DNA of 64,000 nt from Takakia lepidozioides (Eukaryota > Plantae > Bryophyta). The notes below the pieces were generated by a model that did not search any database, was not told the DNA's origin, and was given only the letters and a program-made list of their open reading frames with translations. This document shows, piece after piece, positions 13,529 through 27,028 of this stretch. The stretch is taken from contig CM060733.1 of NCBI GenBank assembly GCA_030704615.1, positions 41,292,001-41,356,000 of the forward strand, written 5' to 3'. Positions within the stretch are counted from its first letter, which is position 1. Each line of letters begins with the position of its first letter. The translations under genes and the position numbers were made by a program.

Positions 13529-14381
13529 ATCCAGACAACCTCATACTCGTACGAATTAAATGGAGGGAGCCTATTGTGTCCAAATGTTGAAAAACACTGC
13601 CTAATTTGAATGAAAGTCTTCAAGTCACTGCACAATTGGACACGGCCAGTGGCTTGCAACTTCTACCATGGCTTGCATCCTTTCCCTATATTGCTAACAC
13701 CGCACTCCCGGGTTCAAATCCACCTTCCATACCGTACCTTTCCTTAGGATAAATGAAGAGGTGGAGCCGTCCTTGGACTTTTGTGTTTTGTTGGCGTTTT
13801 CCAAACAAAGGAGGCAGAGGATTTGAGGATTTGAGCCCCGGACCGGGGTTTAAGGGAACTGGAAAAGATTCCAGTAAGGCAGCTGCCACCTGGACACCGG
13901 CGTCTGGAAGTTCCCGGCTCCGAGTGGCCGGTAAGAGTCGGTGGTGCTCGGATTTGTGATAGTTTAGGGCGCGGTAGCCCACTCTCGCTCTCGGCTCTGC
14001 TCTGCATTGGCCATCCTCTGCCTCTGTGAAGACTTGAGGGCATAAAATTGATTTAGGGTTCTCACCTCTGGGAACTATTCTTGATCTCCCTTGGATTTTT
14101 TGCGTCCAGCCGAAGCGTATCCTGGCATCTGTATTTGTTAGACTTCAGTCGCTGGCATTGCCATGAGCGAGGCGTGATTCGAACTCGGCTGCTGGCTGTC
14201 GAAATCGGGCTCTTCTAACACTAGTGTTGAGAGGTTTATTGATTACAAGCTTCAGTTAGAGAGAACGACGAATATGTGATGAGTGCTAGGTTTTTCTTGG
14301 AGGTTTGTAATGTTGCCTTCATGATCGATTACCACATATTGGAAGAGTGAGGAAGGAGGAGAAGGCCGTTAAGGGGAAAAA

Positions 14382-17300
14382 ATGGATCGAAAGGCATTGC
14401 TTGATGAGCTAATGGGGAAGGACCGGGACCTTCCTTTTGACCAGCAGCAAAAGAAAAAACTTCGCTTCGATGATACAGAGGTTTGCTCTTTCTTTTCATC
14501 ACTTCTGGGTATGGGTGGGTGGGGGTGTTTCGATGAGCCAGAGCATCACTCAGTTTTCTTATTACTCTTTTCTTCGTGGGAGTTTCCTTTCTTTCGGTGG
14601 GACTGGTTAAGGTTTTTGGAGTGCTTCAGAATTTACAATTAATTGCAGATTTATAACTGAATTATTACAGAGCTCTCATTCTGGTAATTTATCTGGTTGA
14701 TGCTTGGTGCATCTCTTCTCTTGCTTTCTACGCCTCCAAATTTGCTGTGTAGCGTCACTCGACAGCATGCAACAAAAAGTGCTTGAAGGTCAGAGAGAGA
14801 GAGAGAGAGAGATGACTGTGGCCAAGGCCGGCGGAACAACTTGAAGGTCAAAATGTTCATGTAGTCCAACATACCAGGTTAAATATTGATGTTGAAACCT
14901 AGAATCATGATTTGTGAGCAGGAGATTTCCAGCGTCATTGCTGTTGTGGATTCTCAAATGATGCAGCATACTTACCTTCTTGAAGGTCAAAATGTTCCTG
15001 TATCCACATACCAGTTTAAATATATTGATGTTGAAACCTAGAATCATGATTTGTGAGCAGGAGATTTCCAGCGTCATTGCTGTTGTGGATTCTCAAATGA
15101 TGCAGCATACTTACCTTCTAGGTGTATGATTATTGTGCTGCTTTTTGCTTCTATATGCTGACAACTCCATAGTCACTAGGGCTGACCTAACAAATTTGCA
15201 CACAGTCTTACCTTCCACTGTTCATTAACTCTAATATGACAAATTAATATATTTTTCTTTTCTTCATCTGTGAAATCACTTCAGTTTCAATGTGCACAGC
15301 TTTGTGGCATCTAGCAAGTAAACTAGTGTAAATACCTTTGCCCCCTACGGGTGTTCAAAGGTTATTGTACTATCACCATGGGCGTCTTGCGTCACAACAG
15401 AAGGTTACTAGGGTAACAAATCTTTCTGTCCACTTGGACTTGACGAAGTAGTGATAGTGGTGCAGGTATGTCACTATCATTTAGTTGCTTTCTGTCCACA
15501 TGACTTGTTTCCCAACACCAAGAGTGACCTTGGAGTCTGTGAGAAGATCCATGATGATGCTTTACGAGGAGATTTCCTGAAGTCCAACAGAGTCACACAG
15601 TATGAGGCTGAATTCCTTGGATACCTGGAGCGCCTGATCGCTGACTTGGAAAGGTAAGTGCTGTGTTCTTCTTTGAGTAAGATGGTACCAATATCTTGTG
15701 AATGTCATAGATATATATATGAGAGTGTTGGAAGGCAAGACCTCAATAGAGACTGGGAGGATTACACACTTAGATGTCGACACAGAGTTTTCTATCAAGC
15801 TACATGAATGAAAACCCATACATTTGTAGAGTGATAGTGGAGACGCAGTAACAGCTTCAGGTTCATGGAGTGTAAACCAAGAGTCCTGTACACAGTAGTC
15901 TTCAGCTGAAAGATATAGATCCGTATATGTAAACAGTCATGGACAGCTTTAATTCTTCCTAGAGAGTTGTAATTGTAATGGTCACAGAAGGCTTGTAATC
16001 TGTTTTGTTGCAGGAAGATAAAAAGATGCCATGAACGGCTTGACAAGGAAATGCCATTGACCGAGCATGCACGGGCCAATAGTGATCGTATATCGGCAAT
16101 CGCCATGGAGGTGCAAGCTTTGCTGAAGCAGGCTGAGAGAGAGGGAGAAGATGGCTTGGTGGACCAGGCTCAAGCAACCATGAGTAAGGTATTAGACATG
16201 AGGGGCTATACGAAGGAGTATTTAGTCCAACGTAGACGTCATATTGTTGGTTTCTTACAAACAACTCTTTTCGCTGCTGCAGGAAAAGTTGGAGTATATA
16301 GCCATTTTGTCCGCCAACCACTTGGAAGAGCAAAGTAAGGGAGTTTTTTTTTGGTGGAGGGTAATCTGTTGAATTGCTATCATGCCCCGAACATAGCCCT
16401 CCTATTTGTGTGATTTCTCACTGCTGATTTGGGCATCATTGGAAGGTGGAAACTTTGAACAAAGAAAAGGATCAACTGGTGCGAGCGGTGATGCCAGAGT
16501 TTGGCAACATTTTGGAGAAGGAGAAGCGCATGCAAGTGTGTGAAGTCTGTGGGGCCATGCAAGCTTCGACCGACACTGAAAAACGGCTTGCTAGTCATCT
16601 GGAGGGCAAACAACATCTGGTATTGTGTCAGAAATTTTATATTGTCTGATAGCAAATCTAAGTAAAGCAATAATATCACTTTCTCAAAGCTCTGTTAGAT
16701 GACAGGTATAGTGGCAAATCATAGATCAGCACTACATAATTGTGCACAAACCAATCTAGTCTGCAGCGATACCAAGAGACCTAAACACCCTTTTTAAACA
16801 TGTTAACAGTGCAATGCTCTGTCAGATGGTTTATGGACTGGCAGGTAAGTGCATGCATGGTTGGGATATGCATGTTCTTGCTTGGTTTTCTGGGAGCAAA
16901 CACAATTCTGTAATGTTGATTGTGGAAAACACACAGTGTATAGGGTTCAAAGCATACCAATATCTTGCACTCGGTGTAAGTCCTACCCTCTTAGAAACAG
17001 ATGAAAGACGTTTAGGACGTCTGTGGTGATTAGGAAGGGGACAAACTTGTTTTGCAGGGATACTACAGAATACGGCAGACTGCTGAGCAGCTGCGAAAGA
17101 AAAAAGAAGAGGAGAGGGAAGCCAGACGCCGTGACCGTGATGCTGCTGAGAAACCGCCTGAGGCTGATGCCAAACCCAAAATTGAGGAAGTCCCTGTGGA
17201 CGACCCGAAGGAATCTGAGAGGGTCTGGTCACTCCCTTTAAGTTGTATATTCCATATTCTTGGCTCAAGTGTGTTTTATGCATGTGATGTTATTGGCTTT

Positions 17301-17959
17301 ACCACTTATACTGGACTAGAGTTCTCTGATGGATGTTGCATGGAAAATTTTGTTTGTACAATTGTTTTTCTTAGACTGCCAGGCATCATTACACGAGTAA
17401 CAAATTGGGCTGTGCGCTAATTTCCACTGGTTCTGAGGTGGTTACAGAATGGCACTCGTCCTATTGAGAAAGAGCAGGACTGGGACAGTCGGCGTGAACG
17501 CAGGTTTGTTTTCTGACTGTTTCCACTAGTGTCTGGCCCCATGTTTCCAAGTACATGATTGTCTTGTTTTAGTTTGCTTGGTGGTTGGATGGTCCTTGCA
17601 TGTAGCGTGGTGTTTTATTCCCACAAACTTGTAAGAATCTACTGGTCTGTGGGAATTGCAGCCGCAGCGCAGAGAAAGTTCGTCGAAGAAGCCGCAGTCC
17701 AGAGCGCAGTCGTGACCGAGAGTTGGAGAGGGATCGGGAGAGGGACAGAGAAAAGAATAGGGAATGGGCTGACAAAGAGAGGGAGAGAGACAGATATCGT
17801 GATCGTGATAGGGACCGAGACTGGCACAGAGACAGGGACAGAGACCGAGATGGACGCAAAGAAAGAGAGCGAGACCGAGGGAGGGAGAGAGACAGGGAAC
17901 GGGAGCGAGGTTCTCGTAGGCGAAGTCGCAGCAGGGAACGAGAGCGGGAAAGAAGATGA
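14382..17959 (+). CDS. LUC7: U1 snRNP-associated LUC7-family protein
   Basis: Exons 14382-14480, 15466-15653, 16014-16188, 16446-16619, 17058-17222, 17448-17503, 17662-17959 splice in frame with GT-AG; LLDELMG, ZnF1 VCHYHLVAFCPHDLFPNTKSDLGVCEKIH, ZnF2 VCEVCGA..LASHLEGKQHLGY, RS/RD tail. Confidence 0.96.
14840..15119. repeat. ~140 bp tandem duplication in LUC7 intron 1
   Basis: Two copies of ttgaaggtcaaaatgttc...gcagcatacttaccttct. Confidence 0.9.
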
Positions 17960-19528
17960 CAGTGCAGGACTTGTGGAAATTTTGAAAGCAGTTTTGTTTT
18001 TTTATTAGATGTGGTCGGGGGAGGCTGTGCTCAGACTCCCCAAATGGTTTGGAAAGAAGAGGAACTCATTCCGCCCATTCACTATTCCATAAGCTGAGTG
18101 AGAAGAGTATTTTTCATGTTCTCTTGTGCACCACGCCTGTGAAGGGTCAAGGTTGCCATGTCTGCAGAAATTGGAAGTTAAACTTTATGGTAAGGGACAA
18201 GCCCTCCCACATTTATGAAAAGTATAAGCTAATACATAGCCTTTCTCATATCTGTTTCTACTTCCATGCCACATCCACATCCTGCCCACACTATTGTGGG
18301 GACGTTATGTAGCAGACTAAGTCGTGTGAAATGTTTCAGAAAAATAGTGCTTGTGTGTAAACAAGTTTGAGAATCTATATGGTTATGCATCATTTAGGTT
18401 GACATCAGTACTGAAGTGATATTTTTTCTGAACTGCCTCATAGGAGCAAAGCTTGCAAGGTCAATCAAGTCTCCACAATCTTGTCTTTTAGGACTGCATA
18501 TTACTGCATAGTGATACTTTTTGGCCGAGACTCGGCACACATGCTATCTAGTTGCAGATAAATAGAGATAAGCAGGCCCCAGTTGGGTTGCATGACTGAG
18601 GGATGATGCTCTCTGATGAGCTAGGGAACATGCCCGAACCCCACCCAGAAGATACATCACCCCAGAATAGTGGGGAGGCATCATCCCGCACTGAAGAGCC
18701 TCAAAGAGGAAACTGGCACTCATTTTCCATGATGAAATCCAACTAATTCTAACCAAACATACGAATAGAGACCAATAGCAGTGTCTGTATGCGTGCTGAC
18801 CTCCTTGCAAATTTGCGCTGCAAAGCCATAAACTTGTGGATTGAGAAGCCTACTTGAGAAATATCCATGGTTGCCACAGAGACCAGAGACCTACCTACTA
18901 TCGATCTTACAGTTAGGCCTTGAATTAGCAAACGGCATATGACAGCCGATGAAGACTTTGAGAGCAACTTTCTCCGAGTCAAGGTAACAGGGCCAGAACA
19001 GGGCTTCAATCTTGTACTCCCTAAACCTGCGAGGGTACCTTCCAGCAGTTCTTGTCATTGCTCCAGTGTTAAATTCGGGTTGTAGTAGGCTCTTTTACTG
19101 CAGGTGGAGTACACGTGAAGGGACAGCGAAACTATGATATAGCCAAGAAACAGGTCACAAGAACAGTCTGTGCACTGGAAGGAACCCTAAACTATTAACT
19201 AGAATGAAACATTTGGTCTGGATGATAGATGCAGCAAAAGAAAGCTGCATCAACAACGATGCTCTCACAATGTGTTATAGACATTCCCCCGCGAATCTCA
19301 TTGGGCAACAGTTTCTCGACATGGAGACGAAAGACATGGGCAAAATTATCAATCACAGAACTCAATTGCAGTTCGATCACAAAATAGTTCAAAAAGGGAC
19401 ACGCTGTTGGCAAGAACGCCCAGAAACGTGTCCAACCTCTTCCACTGGTTTGAGGCTAGCTGGTTCCATGATGAGCGTGCTACATACTCGATTCCCAACT
19501 ACATGGTACCATATCCTGCTCCAAACAC

Positions 19529-19910
19529 CTACAACCCAAGCTTGGTTCTGCGCCAGTGACGACGCTTTGCATTGTACCTGTTACCCCACAGCCCCATTTC
19601 AGTGATAGGTCCAAAACACACAAAATCAAACGGTAATGATTCGAAACTAGGAAGCGCGGAGGGTAGAAAGGTGAACAAGACCTGATGGTATTATCAGTGC
19701 GCATACGAATCCAGTGAGGAATAGGGCGATTTTGCCTCAACTTCTTAGCCAGCTTCTTCTTAATCCTGAATGTCTTTTGAGACGGCTGCGACCCCAAAAC
19801 ACCCCCATGACGTCAAAGCAGAGTAGGGGGGAGGGAAGGGGGTGGGGAAACGACGTAACAGACGAAGCAGACTATGCAAGGAATCAAAATACATGGTGCG
19901 TGCTTACCAT
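19529..19910 (-). CDS. RPL39: 60S ribosomal protein L39
   Basis: ATG-only exon 19908-19910, exon ~19682-19785 [35 protein letters not shown], exon 19529-19577 [15 protein letters not shown]. Confidence 0.97.
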
Positions 19911-20049
19911 GGTGGCGCCTTGCAGTAATCCGGCCCGCAGGCACCTGATCGAGAGAGAGAGACGAAGCGTGCACAGAGGACCGAGCGAAGAGCGAAAGGG
20001 ACACTCCCTTCAACGTCCAGCCCTTATACTGCTCATCATCGAGGGCTCC

Positions 20050-20270
20050 GATGCATTTCAGGTGTGCAATGGACGGCCCTGATTCAGTCATTGTTAGGGT
20101 AAGTCCTGACCAGAGATAGTGACCTGAGGTGAGGTGACCTCTGTACAGTTAGGGTTTCTAACTACGAATGGAAGGAAAGACACTACCGCCGTATGAGGAT
20201 TCGAACTCGATACCGCGCAGCCTGTAGCCTGGTCAAACATTTGAATGCGAGCGCAGTAAGTTAGGGTTTG
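20050..20270. promoter_or_regulatory. Likely bidirectional RPL39/TAF15 promoter region with telo-boxes
   Basis: TAGGGTTT (telo-box) at 20150-20157 and 20262-20269 between head-to-head genes; telo-boxes are typical of plant ribosomal-protein and RNA-processing genes. Confidence 0.5.
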
Positions 20271-21014
20271 GAGATGTTTGTTGCGCAGTGTGTTCGCAGC
20301 ATCACCGCGTTGCCCCGTTGCATGGCACTGATCATCTCATTCCGCAGAGCACCTCCAGATTGTGCGGACTGCTTTTGAAGGGTAATGTGAGGGTTTGTAG
20401 GGATTGAGCATGCTCTAGTGGCTCTGCACTCGACCATTCTTAAGCTCCTTCGTCATCTTCATGGTGCCTGTTTCTCTCCGCAACTCCATGCCCTGCAGTG
20501 CGGTTGTTTCCGGGGAGCATGTGTGATTAGGGTCATCGAAATTTTTTGAAGCAATTTCACCGCCGTGACGCAGCTCAATCATCCATTGCTGTTAGAGAAT
20601 GTAAGTTTTGAGCGCCTTTGGAAGCTTGTTGCGCTGATCAGGGGTTGGTCTGAGCTAAGGCAGTCCTTGTCTGGGATGCTTGGTTACATTTGGACTAGAA
20701 TGGATTCAGTGTGTTCACCAATTTGATTGACGAACCTGCCAGGCCACTTCCCCATACTTATACGTCTGTATCCGGCTGAAAGTTCTGGTAGTCCGACTCC
20801 AGTTCGTGGAAACCGATTGTGTAATCTCTGCCAGAAGGAGGGTCATGTGGCTGCGTTTAGAGCTAGGGTTTATGATCATTTTGGCATAACCAGAAAAGTT
20901 CTGTTTTCTGTGAGGGGATTGCTGATAATACTACTGTTTTTCTTGGTAATATGATGAATCCCAAGTTACTAGGTTTCTCATGGGTTACGATTAAGATATG
21001 ATCTTACTAATGTT

Positions 21015-21101
<87 letters not shown>
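21015..21101. repeat. (CT)n microsatellite in the TAF15 5' intron
   Basis: Long nearly perfect ct run upstream of the acceptor at 21130. Confidence 0.95.
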
Positions 21102-21105
<4 letters not shown>

Positions 21106-21147
21106 ATCTACTCTCATGTTTGTTTCATAGGTGATAACAGTGGCAAG

Positions 21148-24100
21148 ATGTTGGGTTATGGGGGAGCTGCACCACCCCTCACAAGTGCCATCTACGTATG
21201 CAACCTGCCTCCCCGCACAGATGAGGCCTTGCTGGCTGACCACTTTGGCAAAATTGGTGTGCTGAAGGTAATCTCTGTCAGTCCTCTTTCTGCTTGGAAG
21301 CAAGTCATTCCCAGGGTCCTTTAGCTGGTGATCTCTCTCTCTCTCTCTCTCTCTGAAAACTCTCTGCTTTTGAAGAGCTTCGACAAAATGAAAATCCCTT
21401 TTGCTGAGCTACTGCTGCATGCCTTTAGCAATGTGAGCAGCCTCAGTTCTGTCATCTTCCCCTCAGTTCTGTCATCTTCCTCTCCTTGCACTCTACGCAG
21501 ACATGGACAATTGCCACCACGCATGACAGGTGTATCCTAGCTTGTCTCTTTCTCACTCACACATACACATAATCCTGCTGGTAAAAAGTGATGCCACATG
21601 TCCTATGTGTGGAGATGCTGTGAGTTTACCAAAAAATATTTATGCATCTGAATGAATACCCTGTCAAGAGTCCCTCTCAAACACATCAAAGAAACTGTCA
21701 GTCTGAGAAACATATGACAATGCAACAAGTTGTTGCCCTCCTTGAGTCTGAACTACAGGAGGACGATGAAGATTTTTCTTTTCGGTGGAGAGGTAAGAAG
21801 GCCAGAGTCAACATGAGTCAAGGGAAAGTCTCTCTTCTACAGTGAGTGTTCAATGGTAGTGGATCAAGGTTGCTCTCCATCCTTCCCTACCATCCCTTTT
21901 ACTCCTCAGTCCATACAGGGCACTGGGTCTGTTTCCACAAGGCTGCCAAGTCCAAAGAGCTCTCTCTCTCTCTCTCTCCCTCTGCTCTGTGGCCTTGGGT
22001 TCTTTGTGCTTCCTGTCCACATGATAATTGTTTCGTTCTTTCTTTCTCTCCTCTCACTTCTGCAGTAACAAAGGGAGCACACTTACAACCCTGGAAATAA
22101 CATCATGCTTTGTAGTGATATCAATGCCAGCACTGAATCCATTGCTGTTGGCTGTCTGTGAGTATTAAAACAATCTTGAGCTTGGTTGCAGACCTTTGTG
22201 GGTCCAGATGGGCTAATCTTATGAGGCTACTCCATATTCTATGAATCATTAAGGTGTTCTCTCTCTCTCTCTCTTTTTCTCTCATTCTCTGACACACATG
22301 CGTGCACCCACCATATGCATGTGTCAACGTCCACTTTTAGGAAGGACCCCCTCTCCTTGAGCATTCTGGGGTTTTGTGAAGGCTTCTCCATATCTCTGAA
22401 TGAGCATTTCACTCATGACCTGCAGGACTCCTGTCTTGCTCCCATGTTGCAACCAATAGCACAGTCATTAGAGCACTTGCCACACGGTAGGTATTCATGG
22501 CTTCTGATCATGATAACAACCTGTGATCAAGCTCTTTGGCTTCTGGGCTATGTTGAATGCTCCACTACCTGGTCCACCCAGCTTTGGACTAGCCAGTGCC
22601 TTGCTGAACTGGGTGTCTGAAGGCTTGGGAATCACTAGGATTGGCCTGTACTCTTACAATTTTATGGACATGGGTGTACTGCAGAAAGACAAAAGAACAA
22701 GCCGTCCCAAGATCTGGATCTACCGTGACAAAGTTACCAATGAAGCAAAGGGAGATGCTACCGTCACTTACGAGGATCCGCATGCGGCTACTGCAGCAGT
22801 AGAGTGGTTCAACAACACAGATTTTCACGGCAACGTCATCAGTGTGTCTATTGCCGAAAGCAAGAAGGACGTTCAAATGAACATCCCGGTTGAGGAAGTC
22901 CTACCTATGACAGCTGATCATTTGCCGGGCTTAATAGAGTACGGTACCGATCCACAAGTGGTGGGAGAGTATGTTGGGGACTATGGCGGGGACTATGGTG
23001 GGGACTATGGTGGGGACTTCGGAGGTGCAGGAGCCACAGGTGGTGTGCCTGGAGTGGCAGGTGCAGGGCGAGGGAGAGGCCGTGGGGAAGGCCGAGCATG
23101 GCAGCAGGATGGGGATTGGCCGTGTCCGAATCCAAGGTCTGTGATGACTTCGGTGAGCAGTATCAGGCTCTTTTACACCACTGGTATTTCTTTGGTATGC
23201 AAGACTGTCTCGTCATATCTTCAATCAAAATGTTTCACTTTATACTGCATACTTTGGATGGCCATCTTGCACTGGGAAAGTTTCTAAGGAGATGCACACA
23301 ATTTGGAGACCTGTAATCAGTGTAAGCAACTGCAGTTACTGAGTTGACCCAATTGCTAGTGGAAGATGGAGGATTGTCTCACCTCCTTTAAAGATGTCCC
23401 TTCGCCAGCTCCAAAGAGTTTGAAGAAAAGTGCCTGGGTATACGGAGACTTGCTAGTTGAAGTAAAGTTGTTAATCAACATCTCAATTTAAGGGGTTTTG
23501 ACATTGCCAAGCTCCTTCTTTTTGTGTGAATACAGCTGTGCAAATATAAACTTTGCATTTAGGGGGGTCTGTAATCGATGTGGCACGGCACGGCCAGCTG
23601 GGAACTCTGGTGGTGGTGGAGGGGGTATGGGAGGTGGTCGAGGTCGTGGCCGCGGGGCCAGTGATCCAAGTGGTAGAGGACGAGGGCCTGGGGGACCACC
23701 AGGGCTTTTTGGGCCCAATGACTGGAATTGTCCTATGTAAGTTTGCATGTACCAGTTTAGCCTCTTAATATCATTGGTCAAACTTCTGATCTTAGAATAG
23801 ATTTTCCAGTTGTGGGGGGGCTTGGCCATAGCCTAGGTGGGTTGGATTACATTCATAGAACCATGAGCCATGAGTGTTGGCCCATCTTTGAGGGTATTTT
23901 GGCCAGACCACCTGGATGTGAGTGAGGCATGCCTTGCAGGAATTAGAGGTAGACGAAGCATTGGGTTAAGGTGCCTACCACATATGCAAGCGAAAGCCAC
24001 GACACATCGAAGAGGCATAAACAGTGCAATGTGTTCCACTAGCTTCATTATGTGTCATTCCATGCATCTATGCCTATTAGATTCTGACTGAATCAGTAGC

Positions 24101-25378
24101 AACACTGTAGAATGCTGTGAAGCTCTATATCATTAGGGCTGGGCTGTTGCGTTCGTGAATCCTGTTCATTTTCATTTAGAAATGGATCACTTTGAGGAAC
24201 TGTGCGTCATCTCGTAGAGGTGTGTGTATGGCAGGTGTGGGAACATCAACTGGGCCAAGCGCACCAAATGCAATATTTGCAATACCACTAAACCTGGCCA
24301 CAATGAAGGGGGTGCTAGGTACAATTGATCACGCTTTCACTGTTGACTAGGCCTGCCTGCCTTTTTGTCCTGAGGGTGGAGTTGCGCAAGCATGCAGGGG
24401 ACATGGTGGTTACATTGTGTTCTTGCCTTCCAGGTGGAAGATACACCTGATGCTGGGGGTTATACTAGAGTTTGGATTGGTGCTTTTATTCCTAGAAAAT
24501 GCTGTGACAATGGTTGATAGTGTGTAAATGCAGAGAGGGGCGTGCTGGAGGATATAAGGAGTTTGATGAAGCTGAGATTGAAGAGACCAAGAGACGACGG
24601 CGGGAACTAGAGGAGGTGAGCACGCTCTTGATTGTCATGCTACTGAGTGAGATAGTGTTAGTGCATGTAATTTGAGCCTTAACAGTTTTCTATTGCATTT
24701 CACATCAACTCTTTTACTCAAAATTAAAGCATTCACTCCGCTACCTACAATTTTGTCCTGCTACGTGTGGTCTGGCCTCTGAGAGGTGTAAGGGAACTGG
24801 GTGTCCAGGATGATGGAGAGATGTACGACGAATTTGGCAATTTGAAGAAGAAGTTTCGGACAAAGGCCAAGCAAGGTGAAACACAGACTCAGGCAGCACC
24901 AGTTGCTGTAGCTGGGATGGGAAAAGCCGGATGGGGCAAGGAAGAATTGGGGGTGGTCGAGCACCAGACCAAAGAAAAGAGCAAAGAGCGCGGTGGTTTC
25001 AAGGATGATTATGACCGTGACTACGATCAAGGACGTAGAAGTGAACGCGATACTGATGGAGGTAGGAATGGGCATCGATCCTCGAGAGATGATGACCGGG
25101 ACAGCGAGTTTGAGAAGGAGAGAGGACGTGGGAGAGACGACAGGGACAGTGACCGAGATGGGTATCGTGACAAAGAACGGGATCGGGAGAGAGGCAACTA
25201 CTCTGACAAGGACCGGGATCGAGACCGGGACCGAGACCGCAGCAGAGAGCGAGACCGAGTTCGTGGCAAGGACCGAGACCGAGAGAGGGACCGCGATAGA
25301 GATCGTGAACGGGAGAAGGAGCGAGAGTGGCCACGTGACAGGGAACGTGTCCGAGAACGCGATAGATTCATGGACTAA
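21148..25378 (+). CDS. TAF15: TAF15/FET-family RNA-binding protein (RRM, two RanBP2 zinc fingers, RGG, RD tail)
   Basis: Exons approx 21148-21267, 22685-23136, 23535-23736, 24235-24318, 24535-24615, 24790-25378; [107 protein letters not shown]. Confidence 0.95.
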
Positions 25379-27028
25379 TTTCTCTGCCCCTTGTCCTCCC
25401 TCCCTGTCTCCTCTTCCGTTCTATCCTGTTGCACAGAGGGTCCAAAGGATGGTCTCTTCTCTCTCACCGCACACCCTATTCCTCTCCATGTTTCCTCTCC
25501 AAGTTTTTGCCTACTGGTTTGTCAGTGCTATGCAATTTAGATCTAGTCACTTTTTGGGTAGCAAGTCTGTGCATATCCACACACTTTGTCTGTATCATGC
25601 AACCAGTGATACTAGGTGGGATATAGTCACTGAAACCCTTGATCAGCTAGGATATCAGCACTAGAACTAGCTACAAAAACACTCGGTAAATGTTGACGAG
25701 AATAAATCAAGGCACTTGCAAGCCGATTTCCTAGACAGCCTCTCATAGAATCTGTTGTTGGAAGCACTCTTTACCTGAGATGGCATGAAGACGGGAGGAA
25801 GGAGGTGAGTGTAGGAAGTCGAGGGCTGCACCTTGTCTTACAGTCCTTACAGAGACGCACGGGAATTGATTTTGACCTCCTGGTCCTGGTAAACTTAAAT
25901 TATATCACTTAAGAAGCAACTTGTTTGTTATGTGCTAAGTCACGCGCTCTATGTGTCTGGACGTCAGATGATGAATTCCTGGAGGGCTTCATTAAAAACT
26001 AGAACATGATGCGGTTGTACACGAGAATACAACACCTCCAACAGGAGAAAGAAACAAACGCTCTCCCCAAGCTCTCCCCCTCGAGGGCCAGTGGCTTTTG
26101 GGAAAAGAAGCAGAAACAGCATACCATAAGCCATGGCACAAAATTATGCAAACCACCCTAACTTGCAACACTGCTGAAGCAAATAAGACAACAAAAAGGG
26201 AGTGTGAGTGGGACATGGCTGGGAGGTGAGACCACCCTGATTGTTGGCATGTGGCATGAACCATAGTATTCTTCTGTTCTTTGAACATTCAATGTAGTCA
26301 TTACTGCTTTTCTTAGAGTGATGTGAGGCTGAGGCCTGAGCTGCAATGACCATTACTTGAATGTTGGGATGGGATACCCATGAGCTTTTGGGAAGCTGTT
26401 TTGGAAAAGGTGGTCACGGTGGAGTACATGAGTTTCAAGCATTCACCTTCCCCACCATCAATTGTTCTGCTAGCAGCTGCTACTACATGATTTTGCTCAA
26501 GTCTGAAGAATTAATCCAGACTTCACCTTGCAGGGATTGGATCTGGATTCTGGGTCTGGTTGTGTGAGAGAGGGACTATTGCAGGTAATGGTTATCCGAT
26601 TTGGCCCCAGGGCAGGCTGTTTCGAAGTGTTGGAGATGACTAGTATCAAGGTCATGTGACAGTGGAGTCGTCAAAAGCATCTTCTTGCGCCCTTTCTCGT
26701 CATTTCCGTGTTGCTTGTGACTGGCTCCACAATCGCTACCACTGCTGGGCCACAAACCTGAGTGAGGCTTTGGGAGGAAACGTGGAAACGAGAACCTTCC
26801 AGACAGGATTGATGGGCGAGTATTAAAGCTCATTGCTGACATGTCCCAAGTTCTTCTTCGCATTTCTGTCTGGTTCGGTCGAAAGGAAGGGATAGTTGAA
26901 GAAGCTCGTCTCCACACTGACAACAGCAACACAGAAGAGTGCACCTGCGGTGCTTTATTGGCAAACATAATGTGAACAAAGAAATGGTCAAAGCAGTAAG
27001 GGTGAAGGTCTCAAAAACAAATGGCTTG

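Noticed and set aside
13686-14164. Minus-strand ORF containing SSNPL, and an ATGGCAATG at 14164, as PEX5 exon 1
   Set aside because: No MRDLV..C context; the MAM frame stops after 8 codons; more likely 5'UTR/promoter.
20190-20215. B-box-like GAGTTCGAATCCTC on the minus strand (possible tRNA)
   Set aside because: No cloverleaf, acceptor stem or A-box.
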